A stretch of 64,000 nucleotides of DNA, taken from the NCBI GenBank assembly GCA_050011565.1, contig JBEKIW010000001.1, positions 128,001-192,000 on the forward strand. The letters are read 5' to 3'. Numbering within the stretch: the first letter of the stretch is position 1; the number at the start of each line of letters is the position of its first letter. This document shows positions 46,950 through 57,268 of the stretch, piece by piece. Position numbers and translations under genes: made by a program. The DNA comes from Dehalococcoidia bacterium. GTDB lineage: Bacteria > Chloroflexota > Dehalococcoidia > GIF9 > UBA5629. Below the pieces are notes generated by a model, which saw only the letters and a list, made by a program, of their open reading frames with translations, had not been told where the DNA came from and ran no database searches.

Positions 46950-48353
46950 CTAGTCCAGGATAGACTGACTTTTGTATTCCGGGACGATAACGTTCCACCC
47001 CATCCTGTCTTTGACCATACCGGCGAAATGCTGTGACACGCTTGACTCACCGTGAGTTATGAACAGGCGTCTCGGCGGCTGGCGCAGGCTTGACAGCCAT
47101 TTGATAAGCTCGTCTCTATCGGCATGTGCCGAAAAGCCGTCTATCTGTACCACTCTGGCTTTGACCGGATAGTACTCTCCAAATATCCTGACTTCTTTAG
47201 TGCCATCTACTATTTCTCTGCCTAGAGTCCCTACCGCCTGAAAGCCGACAAAAAGTATGGTGCTCTCGTTCCTCGAGATGTTGGTCACCAGGTGGTGTTT
47301 AATCCTGCCGCCGGTACACATTCCGGAGCCGGCGATGATAATAACAGTCCCCTTTATCCGGTTTATCGCCTTGGACTCGCCGGCTGTTCTGACCAGTCTC
47401 AAACCATGAAAGCCAAAGGGTGACCCTTGCCGCATAAATTCAGTCATTTCCTCATCGAACAGCTCGGGATGATGTTCAAACACCTGGTTAATACTCATTG
47501 CCATAGGGCTGTCGACGAAGACGATAAGGTGCGGGATACGGTCTTCGATGAGGAATTCGTTCAGATAGTACAGTATTTCCTGCGACCTCTCCAAAGCGAA
47601 GCTAGGTATAACTATGTTACCTCCTGATTTCACGGTGGCGTTTATGGTGTCAGCCAGCTTGTCGGCGGCGTCTTCTAAGGACTCACTTAATCTATCGCCG
47701 TATGTGGACTCCACAAGGACGTAGTCTGCCGCTTGGAACAAGGTCGGGTCGTGGAGTATCGGCTTGCCCCAGCGGCCGATGTCTCCGGAGAAGAGAATCG
47801 TCCTCTCCTCTCCATTTTGCCTTATGTTGACTTTTATCATTGATGAGCCCAGTACATGACCGGCGTCGTAGAAGGTGGCTTCGACATCTTCGCCTATAGT
47901 AACCGGTGTTCCATACTCGATGGATGATAATTGTGGGAAAGAAGCCTTAGCGTCATCTACCGTGTACAACGGGGTTTCCAGATAAGGGCCTTTTCTCTTT
48001 TCCTTTTGGTGCCTCTTTCTCTTAAATTCTGCGTCTTCCTGCTGGAGGTTCGCCGCGTCGAGGAGCATGATTTCGGCGATTTCAGTAGTGGCAGCCGTGC
48101 CGTAAATCGGGCCGCGGAAGCCTTCGCGGACCAGCTTGGGCAAAAGGCCGCTGTGGTCGAGGTGGGCATGGGTCAGCAGGACGCAATCCAGAGTTCCCGG
48201 CGATGCGGGAAAAGGCGCCCAGTTTCGTCCCGTGAGTTCCCTCTCCTGGTAAAGTCCGCAGTCGACCAGGAACCTGGTGTTGCCGGCTTCAATGAGGTAG
48301 CATGAGCCGGTAACGCTTTGGGCTGCGCCGAGAAAGGTTAATTTGATTTGCAT
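46950..48353 (-). CDS. MBL-fold beta-CASP RNA-processing hydrolase (YSH1-like)
   Basis: GAA..VTGS, THAHLDH, AGHVLGS, ESTYG, SGMCTGGR, FSAHAD. Confidence 0.92.
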   Translation of the reverse strand: MQIKLTFLGAAQSVTGSCYLIEAGNTRFLVDCGLYQERELTGRNWAPFPASPGTLDCVLLTHAHLDHSGLLPKLVREGFRGPIYGTAATTEIAEIMLLDAANLQQEDAEFKRKRHQKEKRKGPYLETPLYTVDDAKASFPQLSSIEYGTPVTIGEDVEATFYDAGHVLGSSMIKVNIRQNGEERTILFSGDIGRWGKPILHDPTLFQAADYVLVESTYGDRLSESLEDAADKLADTINATVKSGGNIVIPSFALERSQEILYYLNEFLIEDRIPHLIVFVDSPMAMSINQVFEHHPELFDEEMTEFMRQGSPFGFHGLRLVRTAGESKAINRIKGTVIIIAGSGMCTGGRIKHHLVTNISRNESTILFVGFQAVGTLGREIVDGTKEVRIFGEYYPVKARVVQIDGFSAHADRDELIKWLSSLRQPPRRLFITHGESSVSQHFAGMVKDRMGWNVIVPEYKSQSILD

Positions 48354-48462
48354 GTTTTGAGATAATAGCAGAAGCGAGATAGTAAGGCAAAGGCTTGACC
48401 TGTCGGCTTAGTACCTTCGTACTGGTAGTAAATCAGGGGGCTTCGTTTAGGTATATTTATGC

Positions 48463-48491
48463 TTGACGAAGGATTCCGGCAATGTTAAATT
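48463..48491 (+). promoter_or_regulatory. Sigma70 promoter for the acyl-CoA dehydrogenase pair
   Basis: TTGACG-17 nt-TAAATT with an extended -10 TG. Confidence 0.55.
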
Positions 48492-48535
48492 ATCACAGAT
48501 TGTGTTGAGACCTATATTTTGAAAGGAGTTGACAT

Positions 48536-49630
48536 ATGATTTCATTCAGTCCTACCGAAGAACAGCAAATGATCGTGAAGCTGGTAAAGCAGTTCGCCAC
48601 CGATGAGATGCGGAAAATCTACAGGGAGTGCGATGAAAACAGTGAAATTCCCGGTCATATCATCGATACGGCGTGGGCAATGGGGCTGGTTTCCTCCGGC
48701 ATACCAGAGGAGTACGGCGGTCCGGGCGGCGAGCATTCGGCTTTAACCGGTGCGCTGCTAGCTGAGGAACTAGCCTGGGGCGACCTGTCTATGGCCATGC
48801 ATATTCTGTGCCCGGCTCTGGTGGTTTATCCGATTCTCGAGATGGGCACCGAGGAGCAGAAGAAAAAGTATCTCCCTGCTTTCTGCGAAGATAAGTTCAA
48901 AGCAGCCAGCGCTGCTCTCACTGAGCCTCGCTTTGAATTTGACCCGAGCTCCCTTGCAACCACTGCGAATCTCAAGGACGGAAGCTATGCGCTCAAAGGG
49001 CAGAAGTGCTACGTTCCGCTAGCCGCTGATGCCGACCCGTTACTGGTCTATGCAGCCCTGAAAGGCAACAGTTGCTGTTACATCGTGGAGAAGGGCACCA
49101 AGGGGCTGGAGATTGGCGAACGGGAAAAGAACATGGGCATCAGAGCCTTAGCCACCTACGAACTTAGTCTGAAGAACTGCAGCGTATCCAAGGAGAATCG
49201 TCTCGGCGGCGACAAAGGATTTGACTTCGCGCGTATTCAAAATTGTTCACGGGTAGCTCTCTCGGCGATGGCTGTCGGCGTAGCCAGGGCTGCCTTTGAG
49301 TACTCAAGAGATTATGCCAAGGAGCGTTTTGCCTTCGGCGAGCCGATTGCGTCCAGACAGGCAATCGCTTTCATGCTGGCGGAGATGGCCATTGAAGTAG
49401 ACGCTGCCAGATTGATGACCTGGGAGGCTGGTTGGAAGCTGGACCGAAAAGAAGAGGCGACCAAAGAAGCTGCCCTGGTGAAGGCGTATGCCGATGACAT
49501 GGTGCTAATGGTGACCGACCGTGCCGTGCAGATATTGGGTGGGCATGGATACATACGTGAGCACCCGGTTGAGCTGTGGCTGAGGAACGGTCGCGGATTT
49601 GCCACTTTCGATGGCATGGCTATTGTATAG
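48536..49630 (+). CDS. Acyl-CoA dehydrogenase family protein (FadE24-like, lacks the C-terminal catalytic Glu motif)
   Basis: IPEEYGG, ALTEP, R..FGEPI..RQAI, QILGGHGY; ends without IYEGT. Confidence 0.9.
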   Translation: MISFSPTEEQQMIVKLVKQFATDEMRKIYRECDENSEIPGHIIDTAWAMGLVSSGIPEEYGGPGGEHSALTGALLAEELAWGDLSMAMHILCPALVVYPILEMGTEEQKKKYLPAFCEDKFKAASAALTEPRFEFDPSSLATTANLKDGSYALKGQKCYVPLAADADPLLVYAALKGNSCCYIVEKGTKGLEIGEREKNMGIRALATYELSLKNCSVSKENRLGGDKGFDFARIQNCSRVALSAMAVGVARAAFEYSRDYAKERFAFGEPIASRQAIAFMLAEMAIEVDAARLMTWEAGWKLDRKEEATKEAALVKAYADDMVLMVTDRAVQILGGHGYIREHPVELWLRNGRGFATFDGMAIV

Positions 49631-49646
49631 AAGGAGGTATGCGAAA

Positions 49647-50843
49647 ATGATAGATTTCGAACTGACACCGGAACAAAAAGAAGCAGTAGCAGCAGCTCAC
49701 AAGATGGCGGAAGAGTTATTTCGGCCTATAAGCCGCTACTATGATGAACATGAACATGAGAGCCCGAAGGAACTCATCGACAAGTTGTGGGAGGGAAGAC
49801 TACAAGGCAGTTTGCTTGGCGGGCTAGACGCAACTGCAGCGTTGAAGACCGAGGAGATCTGCTGGGGTGATGCCGGTCTTTATTTATGCATGCCGACTCC
49901 GGGTCTGGGAGGCGCGGCTATTTTTGCCACTGGGACACCGGAGCAGATACAGCGTTTTTTGGGCAACTTCAATGAAGGTGGGCCGAAATGGGGTGCTATG
50001 GCCATGACAGAAGCTGGTTGCGGTTCGGATACCTCTGCTATCACTGCCACCGCAGTACTCGATGGCGATGAGTGGGTGCTTAATGGTGAGAAGATATTTG
50101 TAACCTACGGGAAAAAAGCCATAGCAGATTCCGAAGGGCTGGTGGTGGTCTGGGCTACCGTGGATAAATCAGCGGGGCGCGCCGGCATGAAGTCATTCGT
50201 GGTGCCGGCTAAAACTCCGGGGGCGCGAGTGGAAAAGTTGGAGAAAAAGCTGGGAATTAAAGCCAGTGATACTGCCACCATAGTTTTGGATAATTGCCGC
50301 ATCCCCTACGAAAACATACTGGGTAGTCCTGAGGTCAGGAAGATAGACAAAGCCGGCACCGCCGGCTTCAAAAGGGCAATGGCTACCTTCGATGCCACGC
50401 GACCCATTATCGCGGCTCAGGCTTTAGGTGTTGGTCGTGCCGCCCTCGATTTCGTAAAGGAAACACTGGAAAAGGAAGGTATCAAAATACGCTATGGCTT
50501 GCCGCGTAACAAGCTTAGCGCCCTGGAACGGGATGTCATGGACATGGAAGCCAATTATAAGGCAGCCAAGCTGCTGACATTGCGTGCGTTGTGGATGATG
50601 AGCCAGATGCTGCCAAACAGCCTGGAAGCATCGATGGCAAAATCGAAAGCCGGACTGGCCGTTACCAGAATCACCCAGAAAGCGGTGGAAATTATGGGGC
50701 CGCTGGGCTATTCCAGAAAATGCCTGCTGGAAAAGTGGATGCGCGATGCCAAGATAAACGATATCTTCGAGGGTACCGGTCAGATTAACATGCTGGTAGT
50801 GGCACGGCGAGTCCTAGATTTTTCCAGAGAGCAGCTTAAATAA
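49647..50843 (+). CDS. Acyl-CoA dehydrogenase family protein (FadE23-like; start ATG 49647 after AGGAGG)
   Basis: RPISRYYD..EH, AMTE...GSD, KLGIKASDT, RDAKINDIFEGT. Confidence 0.92.
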   Translation: MIDFELTPEQKEAVAAAHKMAEELFRPISRYYDEHEHESPKELIDKLWEGRLQGSLLGGLDATAALKTEEICWGDAGLYLCMPTPGLGGAAIFATGTPEQIQRFLGNFNEGGPKWGAMAMTEAGCGSDTSAITATAVLDGDEWVLNGEKIFVTYGKKAIADSEGLVVVWATVDKSAGRAGMKSFVVPAKTPGARVEKLEKKLGIKASDTATIVLDNCRIPYENILGSPEVRKIDKAGTAGFKRAMATFDATRPIIAAQALGVGRAALDFVKETLEKEGIKIRYGLPRNKLSALERDVMDMEANYKAAKLLTLRALWMMSQMLPNSLEASMAKSKAGLAVTRITQKAVEIMGPLGYSRKCLLEKWMRDAKINDIFEGTGQINMLVVARRVLDFSREQLK

Positions 50844-50918
50844 AGTAACCGTAAAGATTACTGTACAGGTTTCTGACGGCGTCAGGGCCTTTGTGGACGG
50901 ATTGGCTTAAGTAAGATC

Positions 50919-51842
50919 TTAAGGCGGGCACTTGGCGCAGAACGACCGGAACAGAGTAGTGCTCAGGTAGCGGTCGCCGCGGTCGGGCAATATGACCACA
51001 ATGGTGCCGGAGTTCAGGTTTTTGGCTATGTGTAACGCTCCGGCGGCTGCAGCTCCGCTTGACATACCGACAAAGAGACCTTCTTTGACAGCCAGCAGCC
51101 GCGTCGTTTCAAATGCTTCTTCGTCTTCAACTACCACCTTTTCATCGAATATCTCGGGGTGGTAGATTTTGGGGACTATGGATTCATTCATGTTCTTCAG
51201 TCCCTGTATGGTGTGTCCCACCGTGGGCTCTACGGCAACTATTTTCATACCGGGTTTTTTCTCTTTGAGGTATTTCCCGGTCCCCATCAGCGTTCCTGTT
51301 GTCCCCATGCCAGCCACTAATATATCGACTTCCCCATTGGTCTGAGACAGTATCTCAGGACCTGTCGTTTCATAATGAGCCAAGACGTTGGCATCGTTGT
51401 CGAACTGATTGGGCATATAGTGTTTATCGGGTTCTTCGGCGAACAGTTGTCGTGCCCGTCTGATGGCACCGTCGGTACCTTCCTCTGCCGGGGTGAGCAT
51501 AACTTCAGCGCCCAGTGCAGCCAGGGTACGCTGCCTCTCTGTGCTGACACATTCGGGCATAAAAAGTTTGACATGGTAGCCTTTGGCGGCGCCTATCATG
51601 GCCAGGGCAATTCCCATGTTTCCGGAGGTCGGCTCGACGATTGCCTTATCTTTGGTGAGCTTCCCAGATTCCTCAGCCTTGACTATCATATAGTAGGCGG
51701 GGCGGTCTTTAACTGAACCGCCGGGATTGCTGCCTTCGAGCTTCCCCAGTATTTTTACCCTCGAATTGCCATTTAGATTTTTCAACTCTACCAGCGGCGT
51801 ATTGCCGATAGCGTCGAAGATGCTGAATTTTCTATTTTCCAT
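50919..51842 (-). CDS. Cysteine synthase (CysK/CysM family; start likely ATG 51842)
   Basis: IGNTPLV, NPGGSVKDR, EPTSGN, G.GTTGT, PDRGDRYLS. Confidence 0.93.
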   Translation of the reverse strand: MENRKFSIFDAIGNTPLVELKNLNGNSRVKILGKLEGSNPGGSVKDRPAYYMIVKAEESGKLTKDKAIVEPTSGNMGIALAMIGAAKGYHVKLFMPECVSTERQRTLAALGAEVMLTPAEEGTDGAIRRARQLFAEEPDKHYMPNQFDNDANVLAHYETTGPEILSQTNGEVDILVAGMGTTGTLMGTGKYLKEKKPGMKIVAVEPTVGHTIQGLKNMNESIVPKIYHPEIFDEKVVVEDEEAFETTRLLAVKEGLFVGMSSGAAAAGALHIAKNLNSGTIVVILPDRGDRYLSTTLFRSFCAKCPP

Positions 51843-51993
51843 AGACTTTATAACGTCTCCCGAAGTCTTAACTTTCATTGAATAAACCTGACTTTAAATT
51901 ACAATACTCGCTGAAGTAGTCTACGACAAACGGGCTTTGCAAATCAAGTTTTTATGCCTGTCTTGAATCTGGACGACAAATGTTACGACCGTA

Positions 51994-52046
51994 TGTAGGG
52001 ACAGGCTTTAGACATTTCCGGGACTGACAGAGTTGAAGGTCTGTAC
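51994..52046. repeat. Degenerate GTAG-type REP-like element
   Basis: TGTAGGGACAGGCTTTAG...ACAGA...GAAGGTCTGT, related to 41591-41649. Confidence 0.6.
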
Positions 52047-52075
52047 CGTGAGGGTGAAACCTGAGACAATCTCGC

Positions 52076-54367
52076 TCAGGTTGTTACTTCGAACTGGCCT
52101 TCAAGTACGATGTCCCTGGCAGAGCAGCCCACCATAACCTTGAACATGCCCGGCTCGACGGTGAACTTCATATTCTTATCGTAGAGGCCGAGTGCTTCTA
52201 CCGGCAACTCAAATTCCACTGTTCTGGTTTCGGCTGGTTCCAGTGCCACCCGTTTGAAGCCTTTCAATTCTTTGACCGGCCTGGTAATGCTGGCAACTAT
52301 ATCGTTGACGTAGAGCTGGACTACCTCTTCGCCGCTTCTGTTTCCCGTGTTTTCGACATCAACCTTTATTGAGACTTTGCCGGCTCGCCCAACTCGTTTT
52401 GGCTGTATTTTGAGATTGCTGAGCTTGAATGTGGTGTAGCTGAGGCCATGGCCGAAGTCAAAAGCGGGGCTGGTGCTGGAATCAACGTAGTCTCCCCATA
52501 ATTGAGACCGGGCACCGGATGGTTTATGTGCATAGTAAACCGGAATTTGCCCCACCTTTCTGGGGAAGGAAATGGGCAGTTTGCCGCCTGGATTGTAATC
52601 CCCGAAAAGAACATCAGCGACCGCAGTGCCGCCTTCTTCGCCCGGCAGCCAGGCTTCAAGGATGGCTGGAATCTTTTCTGCAATCCATTCAAGTGCGAGC
52701 GGCCTGCCGTCAACCAGAACCAGAACCGTGGGAGTTCCCGTCTCGTAAATAGCTTTCACCAGGTCCTCCTGAACGCCAAGGAGGCGTAACTCGACGCGGT
52801 CCCTCATTTCCCCGCAGGTACACTCCGGGGTCATGCCGGATTTCCCCCCGACTACCACCACCGCCACATCGGCACCTCGTGCCGCTGTCACGGCTTCAGC
52901 AAAGCCATCTTTTGACGTGCCGCTGACGTCGCAACCTCCGGCATATAAAACCTTTGTCTTTGGGGAGACCTTTGCCTTAATTCCTTCGAGGATAGTAACT
53001 ACCGGAACGGTAATCTGGTCAGGCTGAGCTTCTGATTCCGGCAATTTGGAACCGAGCATTGTTGCCGTCATTATCATAAGTCCGATATGAGCCGGGTAAG
53101 TGTAGTCGCCAAGTATGTTTCGGGGGCTGTCCGCGTTCGGCCCAATTACGGCTATGGTTTTAATATCCTTGCTCAGCGGCAGTATGGTGCTTTCATTTTT
53201 CAGCAGGACCAGCGATTTGTGCGCGGCTTCGAGAGCGAGCTTACGATGCTCCGGTACAGTGAAAATCTTTACGACATTTTCCGGCTCGACGTACGGAGTT
53301 TCAAAAAGTCCCAGCCTGAATTTAAGCTTCAATATCCGGGCTACGGCTTGATTGACCAGCTTTTCCGCGACAACCCCGGTCTCAACTTGCTCTTTTAGAG
53401 GCTCGGCATAGAAGTCGCATCTGGGCAGCTCGATGTCTATTCCGGCGGTTAGTGCCAGCCTACCGGCATTTGCTTTGTCGCCGGCTATAAGGTGATAGTT
53501 GTGCAGGTTATCAATAGCGTAATAATCGGAAACTACGATTCCTTCAAATCCCCATTCTTTACGCAGAATTTCAGTAAGCAATTCCGTGGACGCCGCACAG
53601 GGAACGCCGTCTATTTCATGATAGGCATTCATAACCGATAAAGCGCCCCCTGTCTTGATGGCTTCCTTGAACGGGTACAGATAAACTTCCCTAAGCAGTC
53701 TCGGCGGTATATGTGCCGGTGCCCAGTTCAGTCCGCCCTCTGAAAGTCCATAGCCGGCGAAATGTTTCAAGGTGGCGATAACACCATGGCTCAAATCGTC
53801 GCCCTGCAGCCCTTTCACGTAGGCTGTCCCCATTCCCGCTATAAGATAGGGGTCTTCTCCAAAGGTTTCTTCAACTCTTCCCCATCTTGGGTCTCTAGCG
53901 ACGTCTAAGACAGGGCTAAGCCCCTGATGGAATCCCACTGCTCTCATTTGTCTTCTGATTAGGTCGGTTATCCTTTCGACCAGCTCTGTGTCCCAGGTGC
54001 TGGATATGCCGATTATCTGCGGGAAAATGTCCGCCTCTCTGGCCACAAAGCCGCTCAGGCATTCTTCGTGGATTATGGCGGGTACCCCCAGCTTAGTGTT
54101 CTCCGCCAGGAACCTTTGAATGGCATTGGTGAATTCGGCAAGCTGTCGAGAAGACAATGCGGTAGATGCCGCAGCTCTGGATATTTGCCCTATTCCACTT
54201 TTTATGAGCGATTTTGCCTTTTGCGGAGAGAATCTCCTGTCTTCCAGCACTTCGAAGCCCCAGATGCCGCCGAGCTGTGCCAGCTTCTCATCGAGCGTCA
54301 TTCGGGAAATAAGGTCTTTGACCCTGGCAACAATGGACTTTGAAGAATCCCGATAAATTTCCATCAT
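52076..54367 (-). CDS. GH3 beta-glucosidase/beta-xylosidase, cytoplasmic
   Basis: RDPRWGRVEETFGED, KHF, VVSDY nucleophile, FGHGLSYT, FnIII-like C-terminus; no signal peptide. Confidence 0.95.
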   Translation of the reverse strand: MMEIYRDSSKSIVARVKDLISRMTLDEKLAQLGGIWGFEVLEDRRFSPQKAKSLIKSGIGQISRAAASTALSSRQLAEFTNAIQRFLAENTKLGVPAIIHEECLSGFVAREADIFPQIIGISSTWDTELVERITDLIRRQMRAVGFHQGLSPVLDVARDPRWGRVEETFGEDPYLIAGMGTAYVKGLQGDDLSHGVIATLKHFAGYGLSEGGLNWAPAHIPPRLLREVYLYPFKEAIKTGGALSVMNAYHEIDGVPCAASTELLTEILRKEWGFEGIVVSDYYAIDNLHNYHLIAGDKANAGRLALTAGIDIELPRCDFYAEPLKEQVETGVVAEKLVNQAVARILKLKFRLGLFETPYVEPENVVKIFTVPEHRKLALEAAHKSLVLLKNESTILPLSKDIKTIAVIGPNADSPRNILGDYTYPAHIGLMIMTATMLGSKLPESEAQPDQITVPVVTILEGIKAKVSPKTKVLYAGGCDVSGTSKDGFAEAVTAARGADVAVVVVGGKSGMTPECTCGEMRDRVELRLLGVQEDLVKAIYETGTPTVLVLVDGRPLALEWIAEKIPAILEAWLPGEEGGTAVADVLFGDYNPGGKLPISFPRKVGQIPVYYAHKPSGARSQLWGDYVDSSTSPAFDFGHGLSYTTFKLSNLKIQPKRVGRAGKVSIKVDVENTGNRSGEEVVQLYVNDIVASITRPVKELKGFKRVALEPAETRTVEFELPVEALGLYDKNMKFTVEPGMFKVMVGCSARDIVLEGQFEVTT

Positions 54368-54584
54368 TCATCTTGAATCTTTTTATGCCACATTGTATCG
54401 GTATTGAGGCTGATGTTACAAGGGTCGATGTTTAAAAAAGTGCCGTGCAGGTAATTCGGACGTCATTTTTGGCGCATGGGCGTGCAGATATAGTATGATA
54501 TTAAGAAATTCAATTGCTGAGGAACATTGTAACCAAACTGAAGACACTGGTTACTTTTACAGTGTAGATTTTTGGAGGTGACAC

Positions 54585-56045
54585 ATGACTATGATGACGG
54601 GACAACAGTATCGAGAAAGTCTGAGGCGGCTTAAGCCTGAGGTCTACTACCTGGGGGAGAAGATAGAAAGTGTGGCTGACCACCCCGCCTTCTTGCCCCA
54701 CGTCAATGCGGCAGCGCTGACATATGATATGGCGCTGGCGCCCGAATTTGAGGAGCTGTTGACTGCCATCTCACACCTTACAGGGGAGAAAATCAATCGT
54801 TTCACCCACATACATCATAGCCATGACGACCTGGTGAAAAAGGTGAAGATGCTGCGTGCCCTCGGCCAGCAGACGGGCAGCTGCTTCCAGAGATGTGTTG
54901 GCTTCGACGGGCTTAATTCTGTCTATTCGATTACCTACGACATAGACCAGAAGCTGGGGACAGACTATCACAAGCGTCTGGTCAATTTGCTTAAGCAGGT
55001 ACAATCCAAAGACCTGATGGTTTCAGGTGCTATGACTGACGTAAAGGGTAACCGCCGACTGTCACCGAGCCAGCAGAAAGACCCCGACCTATACGTGCAT
55101 ATGGTGGAAAAGAAGAAGGACGGCATTGTGGTCAGAGGTGCCAAGGCTCACATTACGGGCGCCGTTAATTCACACGGACACCTGGTAATGCCGACGTCGG
55201 CCATGAAGGCGGAAGATGCTGATTATGCTGTGTGTTTCTATGTGCCGGTCGACGCCCCCGGAGTGGTCCATATCTTCGGACGGCAGACCAACGACACGCG
55301 CAAATGTAACTGCTTCCTTGACCAGGGCAATGTGGACTACGGCATCGTCGGCGGCGAGGCTCTGATTGTCTTCGATGATGTGTTTGTTCCGTGGGAGCAT
55401 GTCTTCATGTGCGGCGAATACGAGTTTGCCTATGAGCTGGTGGAGAGGTTCGCTACCGCCCACCGCCAGAACTACGGCGGCTGCAAGACCGGTCTGGCTG
55501 ACGCACTAATAGGCGCTACTTATGCACTGGCGCAGGTCCAGGGAACAGACCGCGCTTCGCACACCAGAGACAAGCTGGTGGAGATGGTCCATCTGACGGA
55601 GACTCTTTACTGCTGCTCCATAGCTTGCTCCTGCCAGGGCTACGCTTTACCTGCCGGCTCATATATGGCTGACCCGCTCCTGGCAAATGTCACCAAGTTG
55701 AACGTCACCCGCGAAGTTTACGAAATTGCCCGGCTGGCGCAGGATATCGCCGGCGGCATACTGGCCACAGCCCCATCGGAGATGGACTGGAAAGACGAGC
55801 GGGTAGGCAAGTACGTGGACAAGTATATGAAAGGCGTTGCCGAAGTGCCTACCGAGACCAGATTACGATTGATCCGGCTTCTTGAAGGGATGACCTGCGG
55901 TACCGCGCTGGTCGAGTCCATGCATGGTGCGGGCTCACCTCAGGCGCAGAGGATTATGATTGAGCGACAGGCCAATTTTGAGCGTAAAAAGAGGCTGGCG
56001 GAGAAGCTGGCCAAAATTGGGGAACAGCCTCTACTTGTCTGCTAA
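54585..56045 (+). CDS. abfD: 4-hydroxybutyryl-CoA dehydratase
   Basis: CFQRC and HRQ.YGGCK [4Fe-4S] ligand motifs, MTDVKG.R, HGAGSP. Confidence 0.88.
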   Translation: MTMMTGQQYRESLRRLKPEVYYLGEKIESVADHPAFLPHVNAAALTYDMALAPEFEELLTAISHLTGEKINRFTHIHHSHDDLVKKVKMLRALGQQTGSCFQRCVGFDGLNSVYSITYDIDQKLGTDYHKRLVNLLKQVQSKDLMVSGAMTDVKGNRRLSPSQQKDPDLYVHMVEKKKDGIVVRGAKAHITGAVNSHGHLVMPTSAMKAEDADYAVCFYVPVDAPGVVHIFGRQTNDTRKCNCFLDQGNVDYGIVGGEALIVFDDVFVPWEHVFMCGEYEFAYELVERFATAHRQNYGGCKTGLADALIGATYALAQVQGTDRASHTRDKLVEMVHLTETLYCCSIACSCQGYALPAGSYMADPLLANVTKLNVTREVYEIARLAQDIAGGILATAPSEMDWKDERVGKYVDKYMKGVAEVPTETRLRLIRLLEGMTCGTALVESMHGAGSPQAQRIMIERQANFERKKRLAEKLAKIGEQPLLVC

Positions 56046-56050
56046 CATAA

Positions 56051-56377
56051 GTGTCAAAGAACAGTCGCAAAGTTAAGGTAGCCCTGAAGTATTGCGGTTC
56101 CTGCAATCCCCGCGTGGACTTGAGCCGGATAGCGCGTCATCTGGCTAAGGTGGCTGAAGAGCGGGGGGATTTTCAACTGGTGCCTCTGTCTGAAAATATT
56201 GACGTGGTGGTCATTCTGTGCGGCTGCCCACGTGCCTGTGGCAATAAGGAAGAGGTTCGAGCCAGGGCCAAACGAAGCCTGCTTACGGCAGGTGAGTCTG
56301 TAAACCGGCGAGCTGTGCCGGAAGCCCAACTGCCAACGGTCGTAGAGCAAGAGCTTGATAAAATCCTGGACAGCTAG
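56051..56377 (+). CDS. Small Cys-rich hypothetical protein
   Basis: KYCGSCNP and CGCPRAC motifs; 5 nt after the abfD stop. Confidence 0.7.
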   Translation: MSKNSRKVKVALKYCGSCNPRVDLSRIARHLAKVAEERGDFQLVPLSENIDVVVILCGCPRACGNKEEVRARAKRSLLTAGESVNRRAVPEAQLPTVVEQELDKILDS

Positions 56378-56536
56378 ACCGTAGTCCTTAGCGAATAAAC
56401 CTTTTCCCCATCCCCGCCGTTTACTATATTGTGACTTCAAACCTCCTCACGTTCATGGCCTGCCCATGGATACGGGCAGTGCCCATTACTTGCAATTTGG
56501 GAAGTCTCCGAGAGCAGATTGAAGGAGGTACCAGCC

Positions 56537-57145
56537 TTGTTTGAGCAAGAACCTGAAGAACTGCTGCGGATGCTTAACGGCACAGTCGATGCGATGACGT
56601 CGCTGTGTCAGAAAATAGACCCCTATACCGCCGGTCACCAACGCCGGGTAGCCCGGCTCGCCTGTGCTATCGCCAAGAAGATGGGCCTTTCTGATGAGCA
56701 GGTCTACGGCCTTCGCGTAATAGGTATAGTCCACGATATCGGGAAAATGGCTCTGCCCGACGAGATTCTGAGCAAGCCGGGAGAACTGAACGCGGAAGAA
56801 CTCAGCATCGTCAAGACCCATCCTCTGGTGGCTTACGATATACTGAAAAACCTGGAATTCCCCTGGCCGGTAGCCCAAACCGTATTACAGCACCATGAAA
56901 GGGTAGACGGCTCAGGTTATCCCAATCAGCTTGCCGGCGAAGATATAATCCTTGAAGCCAGGATTTTGTGTGTTGCCGATGTCGTTGAATCCATGGTCTC
57001 CCATCGACCTTATCGCCCGGCCCCGGGGTTGGAGAAGGCGCTGGAAGAAATCGAGCTGAACAGCGGTGTTCTTTATGACCCCGTGGTAGCAGATGCTTGC
57101 TACAAGCTGTCTTCTAACGGCGGCATAAAGCTCGACTGGGAATAG
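56537..57145 (+). CDS. Stand-alone HD-GYP phosphodiesterase domain protein (TTG start after AGGAGG)
   Basis: DPYTAGHQRRV, HDIGK, HHERVDGSGYP, HRPYRP. Confidence 0.92.
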   Translation: MFEQEPEELLRMLNGTVDAMTSLCQKIDPYTAGHQRRVARLACAIAKKMGLSDEQVYGLRVIGIVHDIGKMALPDEILSKPGELNAEELSIVKTHPLVAYDILKNLEFPWPVAQTVLQHHERVDGSGYPNQLAGEDIILEARILCVADVVESMVSHRPYRPAPGLEKALEEIELNSGVLYDPVVADACYKLSSNGGIKLDWE

Positions 57146-57268
57146 CCAGAGCAGTAATCCATAGCCAGTTGTCCCTCTTTTTTCTGCATTTTACTATGCC
57201 ATACTGCCACATTATCTGTTATAATAATTGAGAAGGCGATTCAAATTTAAAAAAAGCAGGAGGTAGAC

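Noticed and set aside
54585-56045. 4-hydroxyphenylacetate 3-monooxygenase
   Set aside because: Same fold, but the Fe-S ligands CFQRC and H..YGGC identify AbfD.
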